From positions 238-64,237 of IMG/VR virus record IMGVR_UViG_3300017963_000281: 64,000 bases of DNA; one strand, 5' to 3'. A program made the translations under genes and the position numbers. Positions 22,901 to 28,492 of this stretch are shown one piece after another. The notes beneath the pieces are model-generated. The model did no database searches. It was not told the DNA's origin and worked only from the letters and a program-made list of their open reading frames with translations. Numbering within the stretch: position 1 is the first letter of the stretch; every line of letters begins with the position of its first letter. This DNA comes from a virus. Its lineage: Duplodnaviria; Caudoviricetes.

Positions 22901-25900
22901 AACGCCGAGCTGACCTTCCAAGACGCTGCCGACAGAACGTCCGAGGCAACGGCCGAGGCCCTTGGCGGCCGGCTCGAGATGGTATCCTCTGAATCCGAGG
23001 TCTGGAGCCTGCCGATCACTCCGGAGATGAAAGCCCGGGCCCTACAGCAGGGTATGCCGATGTTCAGTGTCAAGAAAATGAACCCGGTTGCCCAGGACTA
23101 CCTGGAAGCGCTCCAGGCGGCATATCCGGCAGCGTTCGAGCCGGCGCCCTATGACATGGCTGAGGATCCGTTCGAGGACCTGGACGAGGAGATCCGGGAG
23201 CGCATGGAGGCGGCCAAGGGCATCCCGATGCCCAGGTTTGTCGATTGGCTCAAGACCCAGGGTAAGGAGATCTGGTGGTCAGCCCGCCGGCATCGTCCCT
23301 TCCTGGATCCCCAGGACCAGGCCGAGCTCGCCAACGTGCTCCGGATCCACCAGGAGGTCCCGGAAAATTCCAAACGCCGCGCTATGCAGGTCCTCCAGGC
23401 TCTGGTGGCCGGCATGAAGCCGAAACACTACGAGACCTTTACCATGGCCCTGGTGATGGACGACATGGTCAAGGATATCGATTCCGGACTGTTATCCGGC
23501 AAAGAGGAGCTGCCGTTCGGGTTCACCGAGCAGCAGGCCAGGGCCTATCGTCGCCGGATCAATGAGATGGTCAATTCCAGTCCGATTGTCAAGGACGCCC
23601 TCCGCCGGCGCCAGGCCTTTCAAAAGAAGCTGAAACAGGCCCTGGTGCGAGCGGATCTGCTTCCTGAAGCGGTCCTCGAGGATGATAGGTACTTCCACCA
23701 TCAGGTGCTCGAGTACAGGGCAGCTGAGGCGCTTGGTGAGGCCTACGGTGGCCTGGGAGTGTCCTCCAGAGACGTCAGGCTGAAACGGAAAGGGTGGCAG
23801 CGGGCCCGGACCGGATCCGTCAAAGACTATAATATCGATTATGCTGAGGCTGAATTCGAGGTCATCTCCCAGGGCCTGGCTCAGCTCGAGACCAAGGCGA
23901 CCATGGACCGGATCAAGGGCCTGGTCGACGAGACGCCCGGTCTTAAAATGCAGGCCAAGTCGCTGAATATCCAACATTTGTATGAGGAAGAGGCCAAGCG
24001 CCTTACCCAGACGGACCAGTCCGGCCACATCTGGACGGCTGCCGAGGTCCGGGAACAGCAGGACATCCTGTCACCGTTCAAACAGAAAATGGCCATGGGC
24101 CTCTCATGGCTCGGCCGGCTGGCCAGCAAGGGTGACCTGGGCGGCGGGTCTCAGGATTTCAGCGACGTGATCGAGACCCTCCAGGAATGGCAGCGCGAAA
24201 TCGCGATCGAAAAGCAGGAGGCCAAGGAGGACGGCCGCAAACCTTATCCGATACCTTTTCCGTTTGATGAGCTCGGGTCCAGATTCTGGGCCTTCCTGAA
24301 CCATGTTATGCGGGAGGACCTGGACGGGGCGCCGGCAGCCGGGACCATATTCAAGGCGATCCGGGAGCGCAACCAGTTCATTAAGGACTACCTGGGCGAT
24401 AAATTCCTTTCCGCGGTGGATCTCAAGCCGGCCGACCATGTACTCTGGAAGCCGGCGCCGGGATCCTCCTGGTACAAGGCCTGGACAATGACCGACAAGC
24501 TAATACAGGCCGTCCAGGAAGGTGAGCAGGTCATAGGCAAGGCCGAGCTTGAGAAGGCCCACCAGATCCTGGCCAGGGGTAAAGACGTCGAGTGGATCGT
24601 TCCGGCCGACGTCGCCAAAACCTTGGACGGCTATGACATAGTCCTCGAGGACCACAAGTTGAGCAAGGCCTCCAGGGCGATAATGACTGGGTGGAAACAA
24701 TGGATCTTGATCAATCCGTTTCGGGTGATCAAGTACAACCTTAACAATATGTCAGGCGACCTCGACATCGCGCTTGCCTATGATCCGAAGATTGCGCTTA
24801 AGTACATGCCGGCCGCAATTAAAGACCTCTGGTCTGACTTCCGGCTCAAAAAGCAGAGCCCGGAGCTCAAGGCCGAGATCGATCGGGCCTACACCCTGGG
24901 CGTCCTGGGGTCCGGATGGAGCGTCCAGGAGGTGGCCGATGTCAACAAGCAGCTGGCCTTCGACAAACAAATGGACGCTCTGCAGGGGATCAAGCCGAAT
25001 CTGATTAAGAGAGGGTGGCGGTCCCTATCGGCATACACCAGCTACCGCGAGAACATGCTGCGCCTGGCTTCTTACCGGTACTTTTTGGATGAGCTCAGGG
25101 CCGGGAAAGAGGTTTACGGCGCCAGCAATAAAAAAGAGGTAGACGGAATCGAGGACATCGAGGAGAAAGCCGCTAAGCTGTCCCGAGACCTGATCGGAGA
25201 TTATGGTAATATTACCCACGCCGGTCAGTGGCTGCGTCGGCATATGATTCCATTTTATGCCTGGATGGAGGTCAACGCGCCCAGGTACGTTCGCCTGATA
25301 CGAAACCTGCCTCACGAGGACAAGGGCCGCGGAAGGCTGGGCGGAGTGATAGCCGCAAAGGTCGCGTGGAAGGCTACTAAGCTGGGGCTTAAAATGAGCG
25401 CCATCTATGGCCTGGTAACGCTTTGGAACCATACCTTTTTCGGCGACGAGGAGGACGAGCTCGGCGAATCCCAGCGCCGGCAGCTGCACCTGATACTGGG
25501 CCGCCGGGATGATGGATCGATAATCACCCTAAGGGTCCAGGGCGCCCTGTCCGATGCCCTGGCCTGGTTCGGTGGCGAGGACCTGCCGAGCGACATCGGC
25601 GATGTCGTAAAAGGCAAGGTCTCGATATGGGAAAAGGCCAAAGAGGCCGCCCTGGCGCCGGTGATCAAGCTCATTGGCGGTGTCCGTCCCGACGTCAAGG
25701 CCTTTTCGGAGCTTCTGGGCGGTCGGACCTTTTATCCGGATCCGTTCAACCCAAGGCCTATCCGGGACAAACTTGAGCAGATCGCCAGGTCGTTTTCCCT
25801 CAATGGCGTTTATCGCTGGATCGCAGGGAAACCAAAGCGAGGTGACACCTGGAGCGCTCAGCTGGCCAACGATATTCTGGCACTCGGTACCTATACGTCC

Positions 25901-26380
25901 GATCCTGGCGAGTCGGCATATTACGACACGCTCGCGAGGGTTTATGATTTCATGGAAAAGAACGGCCGGGAGCGGGCCTCCGGAGTCCCAACGACCAGGT
26001 CCAACGCCCTGTATTATTACAAGCAGGCGCTAAAGTATGGCGATCTGAAGGCTGCCGAGAAATATCTCAAGAAATATTATGAGCTCGGTGGCATCGATAC
26101 CAACATCACCCAGAGCATCAAACGAGCCGCTCCCCTGGCGCCGTTGCCGGCGGATTGGCGAGGCCTGTTCCTCAGGTCCCTGACTCCGGATGAGCGGGCC
26201 CGGTATGACCTGGCCATGCGCTGGTATCGCCGCACCTATGTCCAGGGCCAGGGCAAGGTCAGCGTTGATCGATCCGAAATAAAACGGCCGCCGCGGATCC
26301 CGGTTATATCCCAGCCGGCCGGCGGAAAGAAACCTTTAACCCTGAGGCAAGCAGCCCAGCAAAAGAGAGGAGCTGAGTAA
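10916..26380 (+). CDS. Giant (5154 aa) polyvalent ejection protein: metallopeptidase, ART-like, acidic, GGDEF, Fe-S/GP88-like, 2x EIQSDW and LPD38-like domains
   Basis: Uninterrupted ORF; ATG at 10916 with GAGG RBS; domain motifs listed separately; last gene of the ejection cassette. Confidence 0.9.
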   Translation: MNELDRMWDAGTEVDQNWDPVGGGNTFDESGFQNWYQNWADKTGINPDPDDPLHKYDYRAAYSAGAEPQLADDGAYHWPSEHKADDHPNRFVDGMDTKTGTPAPMGGAGLVPDDLWEQGIDADQSFQPTGAAKAQQLEEMGTAGRLWEAGKAAGSQAITLFADILPGTIYRGLRGGDDELHETWLDRQISQNEAERERRRNLTPEEREVTAFRIPFTDIDVKFGDFEDIADNLGYSLGNAIAMAGTRAATGAVLSQIPYVGKVGQKIIAPTVGAVGATAFTARVSKDQFIDDLKKEWMKQHQGKLLTPELQQQWKEFYEQAASDATIYGLWEAVPETVSNMVGWGIVKMGSGKTAQMAVSGIKKRLTNKVGKMIAKKMGIPVAKLGAMWTEELITEMITTKKQSEIEHARGLRDKPLGWIEALKEVAPGVLLATPLMAAGFKGAQKVAEGASNLGVKEVSEDELVDLDDQRKPPPLPTAGAEEIAASPLVQKLKEDYSAGIVTDEDIAQMREGMDAKHPLYQALDTITGAEVAEGELQEEQLTEGQAKAEEALISAMRKQFPEGEIAAQVVGMPSSKDLQSVQSVGEALGVNIVVFRGEREADAFNGLYHEGTIFINENAERPYLTTLGHESWHKIETEHQDLAKQLIDSMKVEDLGFENYLNELNKSRVDKGLEEIGIDDALGMEELRADFVGEQFVRPEFWQKLSEKNPEAAKSLAQVVKDIIDKIRAYLQGQKAVPASAFKDLNGVQDALASVYTEFARREKGVVDETVQEVKTKKPSNVTKEAPSVTKEPSNVTKEAPSVTKEASNVTKEKPETKGPKPSLKEGGVKKVRPGLYRAKSGGVEYVVEKRPSDEYEKSKPWVLSEIVAGKTEPITRARTAKEAIAQIGMTPFPEKPDKSKFSVKSPEFKKWFKESKVVDETGKPLVVYHGTKDPYVTRFSHAMGGTGVVGAAKSGAFFFTSERDNAEYYADYTDLPDFSEYSEQEIDDLRESIQVYGEGNEWYNLVQDENGADIFNQGPFDTLDAAEEAAEKTLDGAGFTDQDPFVKEVYLSIQNPFETDDLKYRQADEIKKIKEKGYDGIIIRDVVDGLYESDIYIAFEPNQIKSSTGNVGTWDAGNEDIRFSLKGPDEDPVVIPEALEEFEDYEDAEPTYRGDELARAIKYLHALELKYSAYDYANPKDELVEKYQAETEDEINEKADEVIDVLNEVYDHWLERHESAEGWFNQFFDPDEELMLYSEPTMAFTDGEVGYIKAGNTWTVDVRDEVLKAVEEEHGMPGIPEDMDDVFEELEDYGEDVDDMRQQYEDGEIEEWDIKERLEQFRWEDYSYADKIIEPTSQSIGEALDANGWYSPIGQTIRQVLETKGYEAWRSNWGSELTDAEERIREQRDRLEGAESVREKMSAITWALNESHVYGTMSEHMDIWEKDLNEINELGDRIQKFEDILKDEYRFKPKQKEMPPLVQSSMFTRLGMTLPKFSVKQRKKFHEISKAMNAGFAPMPKRKKLTGGKRLGAVLKRIPEMTREQRQEAARIVYTDEFSADEKASLIEMIMEATDAIRMPSRGALVASVKRAKPRKVVAGFKSQAQISKEKLEKLQAKGDIDFEDQDVLNAVIALSDDKVSGFKEARVGDARMNTVVRAIEFVEQNEGVPAVYVEMDLKNLGGINSAFGHSEANKVFRTQADIVKKAMGALDADVDLFRHGGDEMSAVVVGADPATVDSAMTEAVDAIQRWASRTKAPAGKALTDIPHPKYKGDKSKAGVGIVFSTTEIHPGAVPEIVFQSADTVLEQRKVEGADEFLQQVREARTGASDRRQGPAERRAKEGAKEDRARDGAKARGVSEKQSKDKVGRFSVKKEDRPIRNYARIGRRRDDGKLMKDVEGRKARKMTKKEYREIKDRLKQEAETEAYFTSRNHPGNLAQRYSLKRSMIDDAEDRGLLNADGLRVADLAERWAEFDRLIKLGGAGRPQHNAYNINQQIKKIRGLRKKIEALEKESGVQILNNGKLRMHPMELKMVPSNVDTKFIKKGTLKPLYSGFFRTFINEYFDNMPNEERENFRKSIVKGVERTYKAGARGLVISGVGKSDDYRISSALRKANKTVAALNFNQQCPMFVIGGHGCYLDGCYVSGLAMNGQGVQFYRSAMYLGEILQLREDQIAMLNNVGGLRINGMGDTQKEDLDQWRDAVRHAHMRGLKLKIITKQDATMWIMDKLVKEGVPGARKIVIQPTVDPYWIEVKHDNLPGSAVDTLQIYKAAARGTQASLEAAADMYAEAGREARIFNGKLYRKYGYSWDRIKEISKKYPHLKIQPRLVVSTPLEIAESALKTPKAIQTWMHAALRPGMYSDIEGGTLGEDVEALNFDGRIRVDKINGEWRLLAQGPKGDIIGHEGYAFTKTEKFIKDNYTPRQADRIFRVLQGQLEQTPSALCCQIGASADACNDCTSHCHQGSWHTGKRLARIAEAGGKIITNVVKNATIYNPTWKASVKRSKWYSQAERVLDQKLPGSGSPANMRQAIEGYIRKGDVKAEEIEWSGVLDWIDEYQEMKELEWAEAQKAEGEFSKEEDELYTKYLEGILTHEESTKAIEDLRARTRKEAKKIKAKITKAEVLEYFRQNQTEIKDVLYEEEAAGDERILVEPVDFPSQGDYMGVDATEVEYQLEVLRDEYPDEDEDYLAQLAQERAEENAQYEYTDSEYGYRIIETMFMGTGEDYTVYDPDHNIIGNFDSWDEAEDHVENHALDRFGTWEIEDETHYSQYKLEGGKKYAELLMVLPDQRKAKIDRLINRVKERLGKPDLWTESVIPQMTPAELKEYEALVEQPRRKGRYESSHWQSDPNVLVHVRYDDRETYDGENMLFIEEIQSDWHQEGRKDGYASKPKIRRVGKVKVWTQKDFKKAHRSWPLDSMMDVQDTPIDLMKAATDEEQQRLTEAIVHNQGKLSDDAPVYTVVGDDGKIKIANMISRSLAEKEARKYEIVIDEETGAVAIGNMGTHIRFKSKKEARNWYWDKGPGAQMLPDAPFKKDWPLLAFKRMIRHAVDNNYDSVGWTTGGQQADRYNLRKFISALHWKVVGKNPEDNTFIYQINATRVDQDGRVEDFGTKTVDELVDLVGKEMADRIVQASGKGQVTRYHGRVNEYKATSNKETEEQAWAQLEKWKVNNKYTPHDKFDVNTVTLPAHGTIDGENLEIGGSGMKQFYDKILPNAVKRYFGKKAWGKPKLKPAKIYTDPNPRYLVVGRRSSEDPWGEYSRSYATEGTAKAEMTFLNKSEDGWEFKVIPDPDRLEEIWSMEITPEMREKVANEGLPLFSVKAGPIWYSQMADVLATKLPNRGTPEQFERTIRAFAAKGEFKEEELQWSGLEAWLDEQDAKAKVSRRDILTYLKSNSIRLQETQHAEAGKIFGYGINEVDRSEEWYVEQGDEEDEWFVMDDDGQIITRLPSLKEAEDYIDDAEFGYQVYDLDSSDVVQTFETRGGAEWFIENMGDGSQWWDSDNLREASEIIEQLEHDGYEVHAEPDIETGEPIPNRVTWDSGSKEVEFPMMLIEDDEIDAPDEDIAAMRRLDELIRMEGSRAASSAKYPSYVQPGGENYRELLLQMPEIITPDMMRSIMPMESTMVADGTDVELIVRGKVMNWRDAIREFLDDSEINADLRIKTLEKLREDVGNWRWKQFIKDNLVPQIRVAAGATSVGPDPFRVSHWDEDNVLAHVRFDERRDAEGVRTLHIAEIQSDWHQKGRKEGYRDESNQVFRIKFANGDTYNTFDTREEAEKVVESLNKDESWEPGLRGRFYVDKEAENAKGVPDAPFKKTWPILAIKRMVRFAAENGFDQITWDPGQVQADRYDLSTRISRIVWLEHASTLKAYNHSGEEVISEISTREKLPDYIGKEAADKLLSTEPNEFKYGPTQRKGVEYMLEGEDIKVGHKGMKGFYDKIMVKEVNKFFNKQAWGNAKVAVTKIDTTTTNQLTAKRRYVGPELTPEEIFALARTGNFNATVTGQLNGMAHDINAELTFQDAADRTSEATAEALGGRLEMVSSESEVWSLPITPEMKARALQQGMPMFSVKKMNPVAQDYLEALQAAYPAAFEPAPYDMAEDPFEDLDEEIRERMEAAKGIPMPRFVDWLKTQGKEIWWSARRHRPFLDPQDQAELANVLRIHQEVPENSKRRAMQVLQALVAGMKPKHYETFTMALVMDDMVKDIDSGLLSGKEELPFGFTEQQARAYRRRINEMVNSSPIVKDALRRRQAFQKKLKQALVRADLLPEAVLEDDRYFHHQVLEYRAAEALGEAYGGLGVSSRDVRLKRKGWQRARTGSVKDYNIDYAEAEFEVISQGLAQLETKATMDRIKGLVDETPGLKMQAKSLNIQHLYEEEAKRLTQTDQSGHIWTAAEVREQQDILSPFKQKMAMGLSWLGRLASKGDLGGGSQDFSDVIETLQEWQREIAIEKQEAKEDGRKPYPIPFPFDELGSRFWAFLNHVMREDLDGAPAAGTIFKAIRERNQFIKDYLGDKFLSAVDLKPADHVLWKPAPGSSWYKAWTMTDKLIQAVQEGEQVIGKAELEKAHQILARGKDVEWIVPADVAKTLDGYDIVLEDHKLSKASRAIMTGWKQWILINPFRVIKYNLNNMSGDLDIALAYDPKIALKYMPAAIKDLWSDFRLKKQSPELKAEIDRAYTLGVLGSGWSVQEVADVNKQLAFDKQMDALQGIKPNLIKRGWRSLSAYTSYRENMLRLASYRYFLDELRAGKEVYGASNKKEVDGIEDIEEKAAKLSRDLIGDYGNITHAGQWLRRHMIPFYAWMEVNAPRYVRLIRNLPHEDKGRGRLGGVIAAKVAWKATKLGLKMSAIYGLVTLWNHTFFGDEEDELGESQRRQLHLILGRRDDGSIITLRVQGALSDALAWFGGEDLPSDIGDVVKGKVSIWEKAKEAALAPVIKLIGGVRPDVKAFSELLGGRTFYPDPFNPRPIRDKLEQIARSFSLNGVYRWIAGKPKRGDTWSAQLANDILALGTYTSDPGESAYYDTLARVYDFMEKNGRERASGVPTTRSNALYYYKQALKYGDLKAAEKYLKKYYELGGIDTNITQSIKRAAPLAPLPADWRGLFLRSLTPDERARYDLAMRWYRRTYVQGQGKVSVDRSEIKRPPRIPVISQPAGGKKPLTLRQAAQQKRGAE
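12600..13200 (+). other. Zincin metallopeptidase (MPTase-like) domain of the giant protein
   Basis: NGLY...IFIN...TTLGHESWH (HExxH at 12803-12817) and downstream EELRAD; boundaries approximate. Confidence 0.8.
13253..13357 (+). repeat. Five tandem 21-bp coding repeats (PSNVTKE/APSVTKE linker)
   Basis: CCCTCAAACGTAACAAAAGAG alternating with GCTCCATCCGTAACAAAAGAG. Confidence 0.95.
13634..14287 (+). other. ADP-ribosyltransferase-like module (ART-PolyVal type)
   Basis: FKKWFKESKVVDETGKPLVVYHGT...FFFTS...AEYYA...VYLSIQNP...GYDGII...IAFEPNQIKS...GTWD..NEDIRFS. Confidence 0.85.
15632..16468 (+). other. GGDEF-type nucleotide cyclase module (GGDEM variant)
   Basis: EMDLKNLGGINSAFGHSEANKVF...LFRHGGDEMSAVV (GGDEM at 16022-16036)...GVGIVFS...VFQSADTVL. 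Confidence 0.85.
16305..16463 (+). CDS. Overprinted 52-aa basic helical protein in the +1 frame inside the giant ORF
   Basis: GGAGG 6 nt before ATG; hand-counted GC3 about 36/52 in the nested frame versus 18/53 in the giant frame; TAG just before the FSVK boundary. Confidence 0.6.
   Translation: MSSYSRLGRLGLVHLIDDKDQLKDALKKARKKIEREMERRRVAFQKNNPRIR
16694..18355 (+). other. Fe-S / radical-SAM-like (GP88-like) module
   Basis: Cx9Cx4C (CPMFVIGGHGCYLDGCY), LRINGMGD, KIITK and C-terminal CC...CNDCTSHC. Confidence 0.55.
18368..20812 (+). other. EIQSDW domain, copy 1
   Basis: WYSQ...EEIEWSG...YAELL...SHW...NVLVHVRYDDR...EEIQSDWHQ...PDAPFKK.W...QADRY...GMKQFYDKI...ITPEM. Confidence 0.8.
20825..23062 (+). 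other. EIQSDW domain, copy 2
   Basis: Same ordered motif blocks as copy 1 with different insertions. Confidence 0.8.
23075..26380 (+). other. C-terminal helical ejection core (LPD38-like)
   Basis: ENMLRLASY...AAKLSRDLIGDYG...MIPFYAW pattern typical of C-termini of large phage ejection proteins. Confidence 0.6.
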
Positions 26381-26382
26381 CC

Positions 26383-26733
26383 ATGCAAGGAGCACGAAAA
26401 GTAACAACTATGAAGTTGTGGACGGCCCAGGCGATTTCTAAGAATGCAAGCAAGACTTCGCCGGCGATCGACCTGAGGCAGCTTATTAACAATCACAAGT
26501 TCTCGTGTCACGCGATTATCGCCGGGACCGGGCAAGTCGATATTGCGGTTCAGTACTGCAGCACCGTGGACGGAACCTATATCGAGGATAGCACCCTGAT
26601 AGCCGACGATCAGGCTGCCGGGTCGATCTTTGTCAGTTTCGACCCGGTGTTGGCGCCGTTCATCAAGATCAAAGTGACGGAGAACAATACTAACCCGATA
26701 ACATCGTTGGATCTCTGGCTGAACATCGGATAA
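26383..26733 (+). CDS. Small beta-sandwich protein, possibly virion-associated
   Basis: Last gene before the terminator; beta-rich. Confidence 0.6.
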   Translation: MQGARKVTTMKLWTAQAISKNASKTSPAIDLRQLINNHKFSCHAIIAGTGQVDIAVQYCSTVDGTYIEDSTLIADDQAAGSIFVSFDPVLAPFIKIKVTENNTNPITSLDLWLNIG

Positions 26734-26737
26734 AAAA

Positions 26738-26765
26738 ACGCCCCTGGGTGATCACCCAGGGGCGT
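26738..26765. terminator. Terminator hairpin between convergent transcription units
   Basis: Perfect 28-bp palindrome ACGCCCCTGGGTGATCACCCAGGGGCGT; flanking A-run gives a U-tract on the - strand. Confidence 0.85.
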
Positions 26766-26842
26766 AAGTTATTGATTCTGTCGAAGATCCCACGAAGGTC
26801 CCAGGGGTGGGATCTTCGCAGTTTGAGGCGGGAAAGGCAGGC

Positions 26843-27178
26843 TTATTCGTATTTGGCAGCCACAGCATCGACGGACTTGACTACCGCGTAGGTGTCTATC
26901 AATATGTCGACGGGACCAACCCGCTTGCATGACGAGATCCTTTCCTTCCAATACCCAATGGATTGCGCGTGCTCTGCAGCTTCCTTGCGGCCCAATCCGG
27001 CAGCCTCCAGGAACATAGCAGCCTTAGCTTTGTAGAGGGTATCGATCGAGTAAAAAGATTTTGTCCCTAAGCCATTGGCCGGAATGTCCGCCTCAATGAA
27101 ACCTCTTTCCATCCGATCTCGAAACGCGGTGAACTTCATCCCCAATATATCGGCTGCCTGAAAACTCGAGTACATCAT
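26843..27178 (-). CDS. MerR-like HTH DNA-binding protein
   Basis: YSSFQAADILGM...DRMERGFI...GTKSFYSIDTL. Confidence 0.75.
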   Translation of the reverse strand: MMYSSFQAADILGMKFTAFRDRMERGFIEADIPANGLGTKSFYSIDTLYKAKAAMFLEAAGLGRKEAAEHAQSIGYWKERISSCKRVGPVDILIDTYAVVKSVDAVAAKYE

Positions 27179-27582
27179 GGCAACAACTCCTTAGGGTATT
27201 GAGGTGCCCAATGGTTCGCCGGCCGCCTCTGGTTGTAGTCGATTATCCTGGTGGGCTCATTGTTGTAATAGTTAGCGCCCGGATTAATGACGTTGTTATT
27301 GATGATGATTTGAGCCGGCTGCCGCTGAGTATATCTATACAGCTCAGGGCTGCCGGCTCGGAAGGCGATGTCCATCCAGGTGGCCAGGGCATGATTATTG
27401 CCGCATCTGGCGGCTCGGAGGCCAGCCTGGCGGACATCGTTCGGAGATCCATAACGCCAGGTCGACAGGTCGCCGGCGCTGGCGTCATGGGTAAAGAGAA
27501 AGAATGCTATAGACGCGATCAGGACGAGCTCCAAAATCGCGATCAAAAAAGCACCTCTAATACAGTTTTTGATTCTCATCAC
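27175..27582 (-). CDS. Exported or membrane-anchored protein carrying the TWRYGSP motif
   Basis: Basic N-terminus, hydrophobic core, A-S-A cleavage-like site; GGAGGTG RBS. Confidence 0.75.
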   Translation of the reverse strand: MMRIKNCIRGAFLIAILELVLIASIAFFLFTHDASAGDLSTWRYGSPNDVRQAGLRAARCGNNHALATWMDIAFRAGSPELYRYTQRQPAQIIINNNVINPGANYYNNEPTRIIDYNQRRPANHWAPQYPKELLP

Positions 27583-27824
27583 TCACCTCCATTGTAAAAG
27601 TCAATAGCTTGTTGGATGGATCCGAAAAACTTACCACCGATGCACCCGCCTCCAAACTTGTAGTCGTCCTCGTCGATGTAGTGGCCGACGCAGACCTTTT
27701 GGGGGCCGTCCCTATTCTCGAGGTCGAGGCCATCCGCCGATGTCATCAGCAAAAACTCCCCATCGTCACCGGCAGCGCATAGGCCCCAGGTCCCGGGCTC
27801 TACTAAAATGTCATGCCAATCCAT
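27579..27824 (-). CDS. Hypothetical acidic protein (81 aa)
   Basis: GAGGAGGTG RBS before ATG at 27824. Confidence 0.7.
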   Translation of the reverse strand: MDWHDILVEPGTWGLCAAGDDGEFLLMTSADGLDLENRDGPQKVCVGHYIDEDDYKFGGGCIGGKFFGSIQQAIDFYNGGE

Positions 27825-27829
27825 GATAT

Positions 27830-28003
27830 TCACCTCCTCTTTGGCCGGCCTGGCTTCCGGTCCCGGACCAGGTCGAGGTCCTTTTCCCGGATCCATAGAT
27901 CTCGGCCGTGGCGTTTCGCCGGCAGTCGCTTTTCCAGGATCAGCTGCCGCACCCTCGATGCGGAGATCCCCAGGAGCTTCCCGGCCTCTTTTGTTGTCAG
28001 CAC
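27830..28003 (-). CDS. Excisionase-family (HTH_17) DNA-binding protein, 57 aa (not in ORF track)
   Basis: Hand translation (V)LTTKEAGKLLGISASRVRQLILEKRLPAKRHGRDLWIREKDLDLVRDRKPGRPKRR; GTG start with upstream AAGGAGG. Confidence 0.8.
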   Translation of the reverse strand: MLTTKEAGKLLGISASRVRQLILEKRLPAKRHGRDLWIREKDLDLVRDRKPGRPKRR

Positions 28004-28275
28004 TTTTCATTCGCCTCCTTTCTACTTGGAAACGGGTGGCCTTCGTACTCTTCAAGAAGGTATCCGTTTTTGATCATAGCCCGGGCGAACATCTCGCAAC
28101 AATGATTGGTGCAAAAATTCCACTGTCCTTCAACATACCCATAGGTCCGGCCACGATTCTTGCCATTTTCGTCCTGGCCGATACCAACCACAGTTGCTGT
28201 CGCCCTGCCGCACCACTTACAGGTATTATCTTTATTTGTCCTCCGCAAGTACTTGTGAGGGCTCGTTCTCGGCAT
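27997..28275 (-). CDS. Hypothetical Zn-binding protein
   Basis: CKWC and FCTNHC; GGAGGT RBS. Confidence 0.65.
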   Translation of the reverse strand: MPRTSPHKYLRRTNKDNTCKWCGRATATVVGIGQDENGKNRGRTYGYVEGQWNFCTNHCCEMFARAMIKNGYLLEEYEGHPFPSRKEANEKC

Positions 28276-28279
28276 GTTA

Positions 28280-28492
28280 TCACCTCCCTTCTTTGTTGGC
28301 CCTGCCGATCTCCACGAGGGCCCTGAATGGACTTGGGTCCACCATTCCAGGGGGCAGCAGCTGGTTGTATTTAACCCAGGCGGCTGCCCAATATCCGAAC
28401 ATATAAAATTTGTAGCCGGCCAGGGCTTTCCAGGCCCTCTGCTCGGCGAGCTTGCGCTCAGTTAACACCTTAGCCAGTATGTCGTCGCTCAT
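28280..28492 (-). CDS. Hypothetical protein (70 aa)
   Basis: AGGAGG RBS before MSDDIL. Confidence 0.65.
   Translation of the reverse strand: MSDDILAKVLTERKLAEQRAWKALAGYKFYMFGYWAAAWVKYNQLLPPGMVDPSPFRALVEIGRANKEGR

Noticed and set aside
23813-23824. GSVK in the C-terminal core, and YSVK in the HD protein, as extra cleavage motifs
   Set aside because: Not at evident domain boundaries; such short matches arise by chance
27579-28055. Single 158-aa ORF
   Set aside because: Its 5' half is the off-frame shadow of the HTH_17 gene; the real gene likely starts at 27824 with its own RBS
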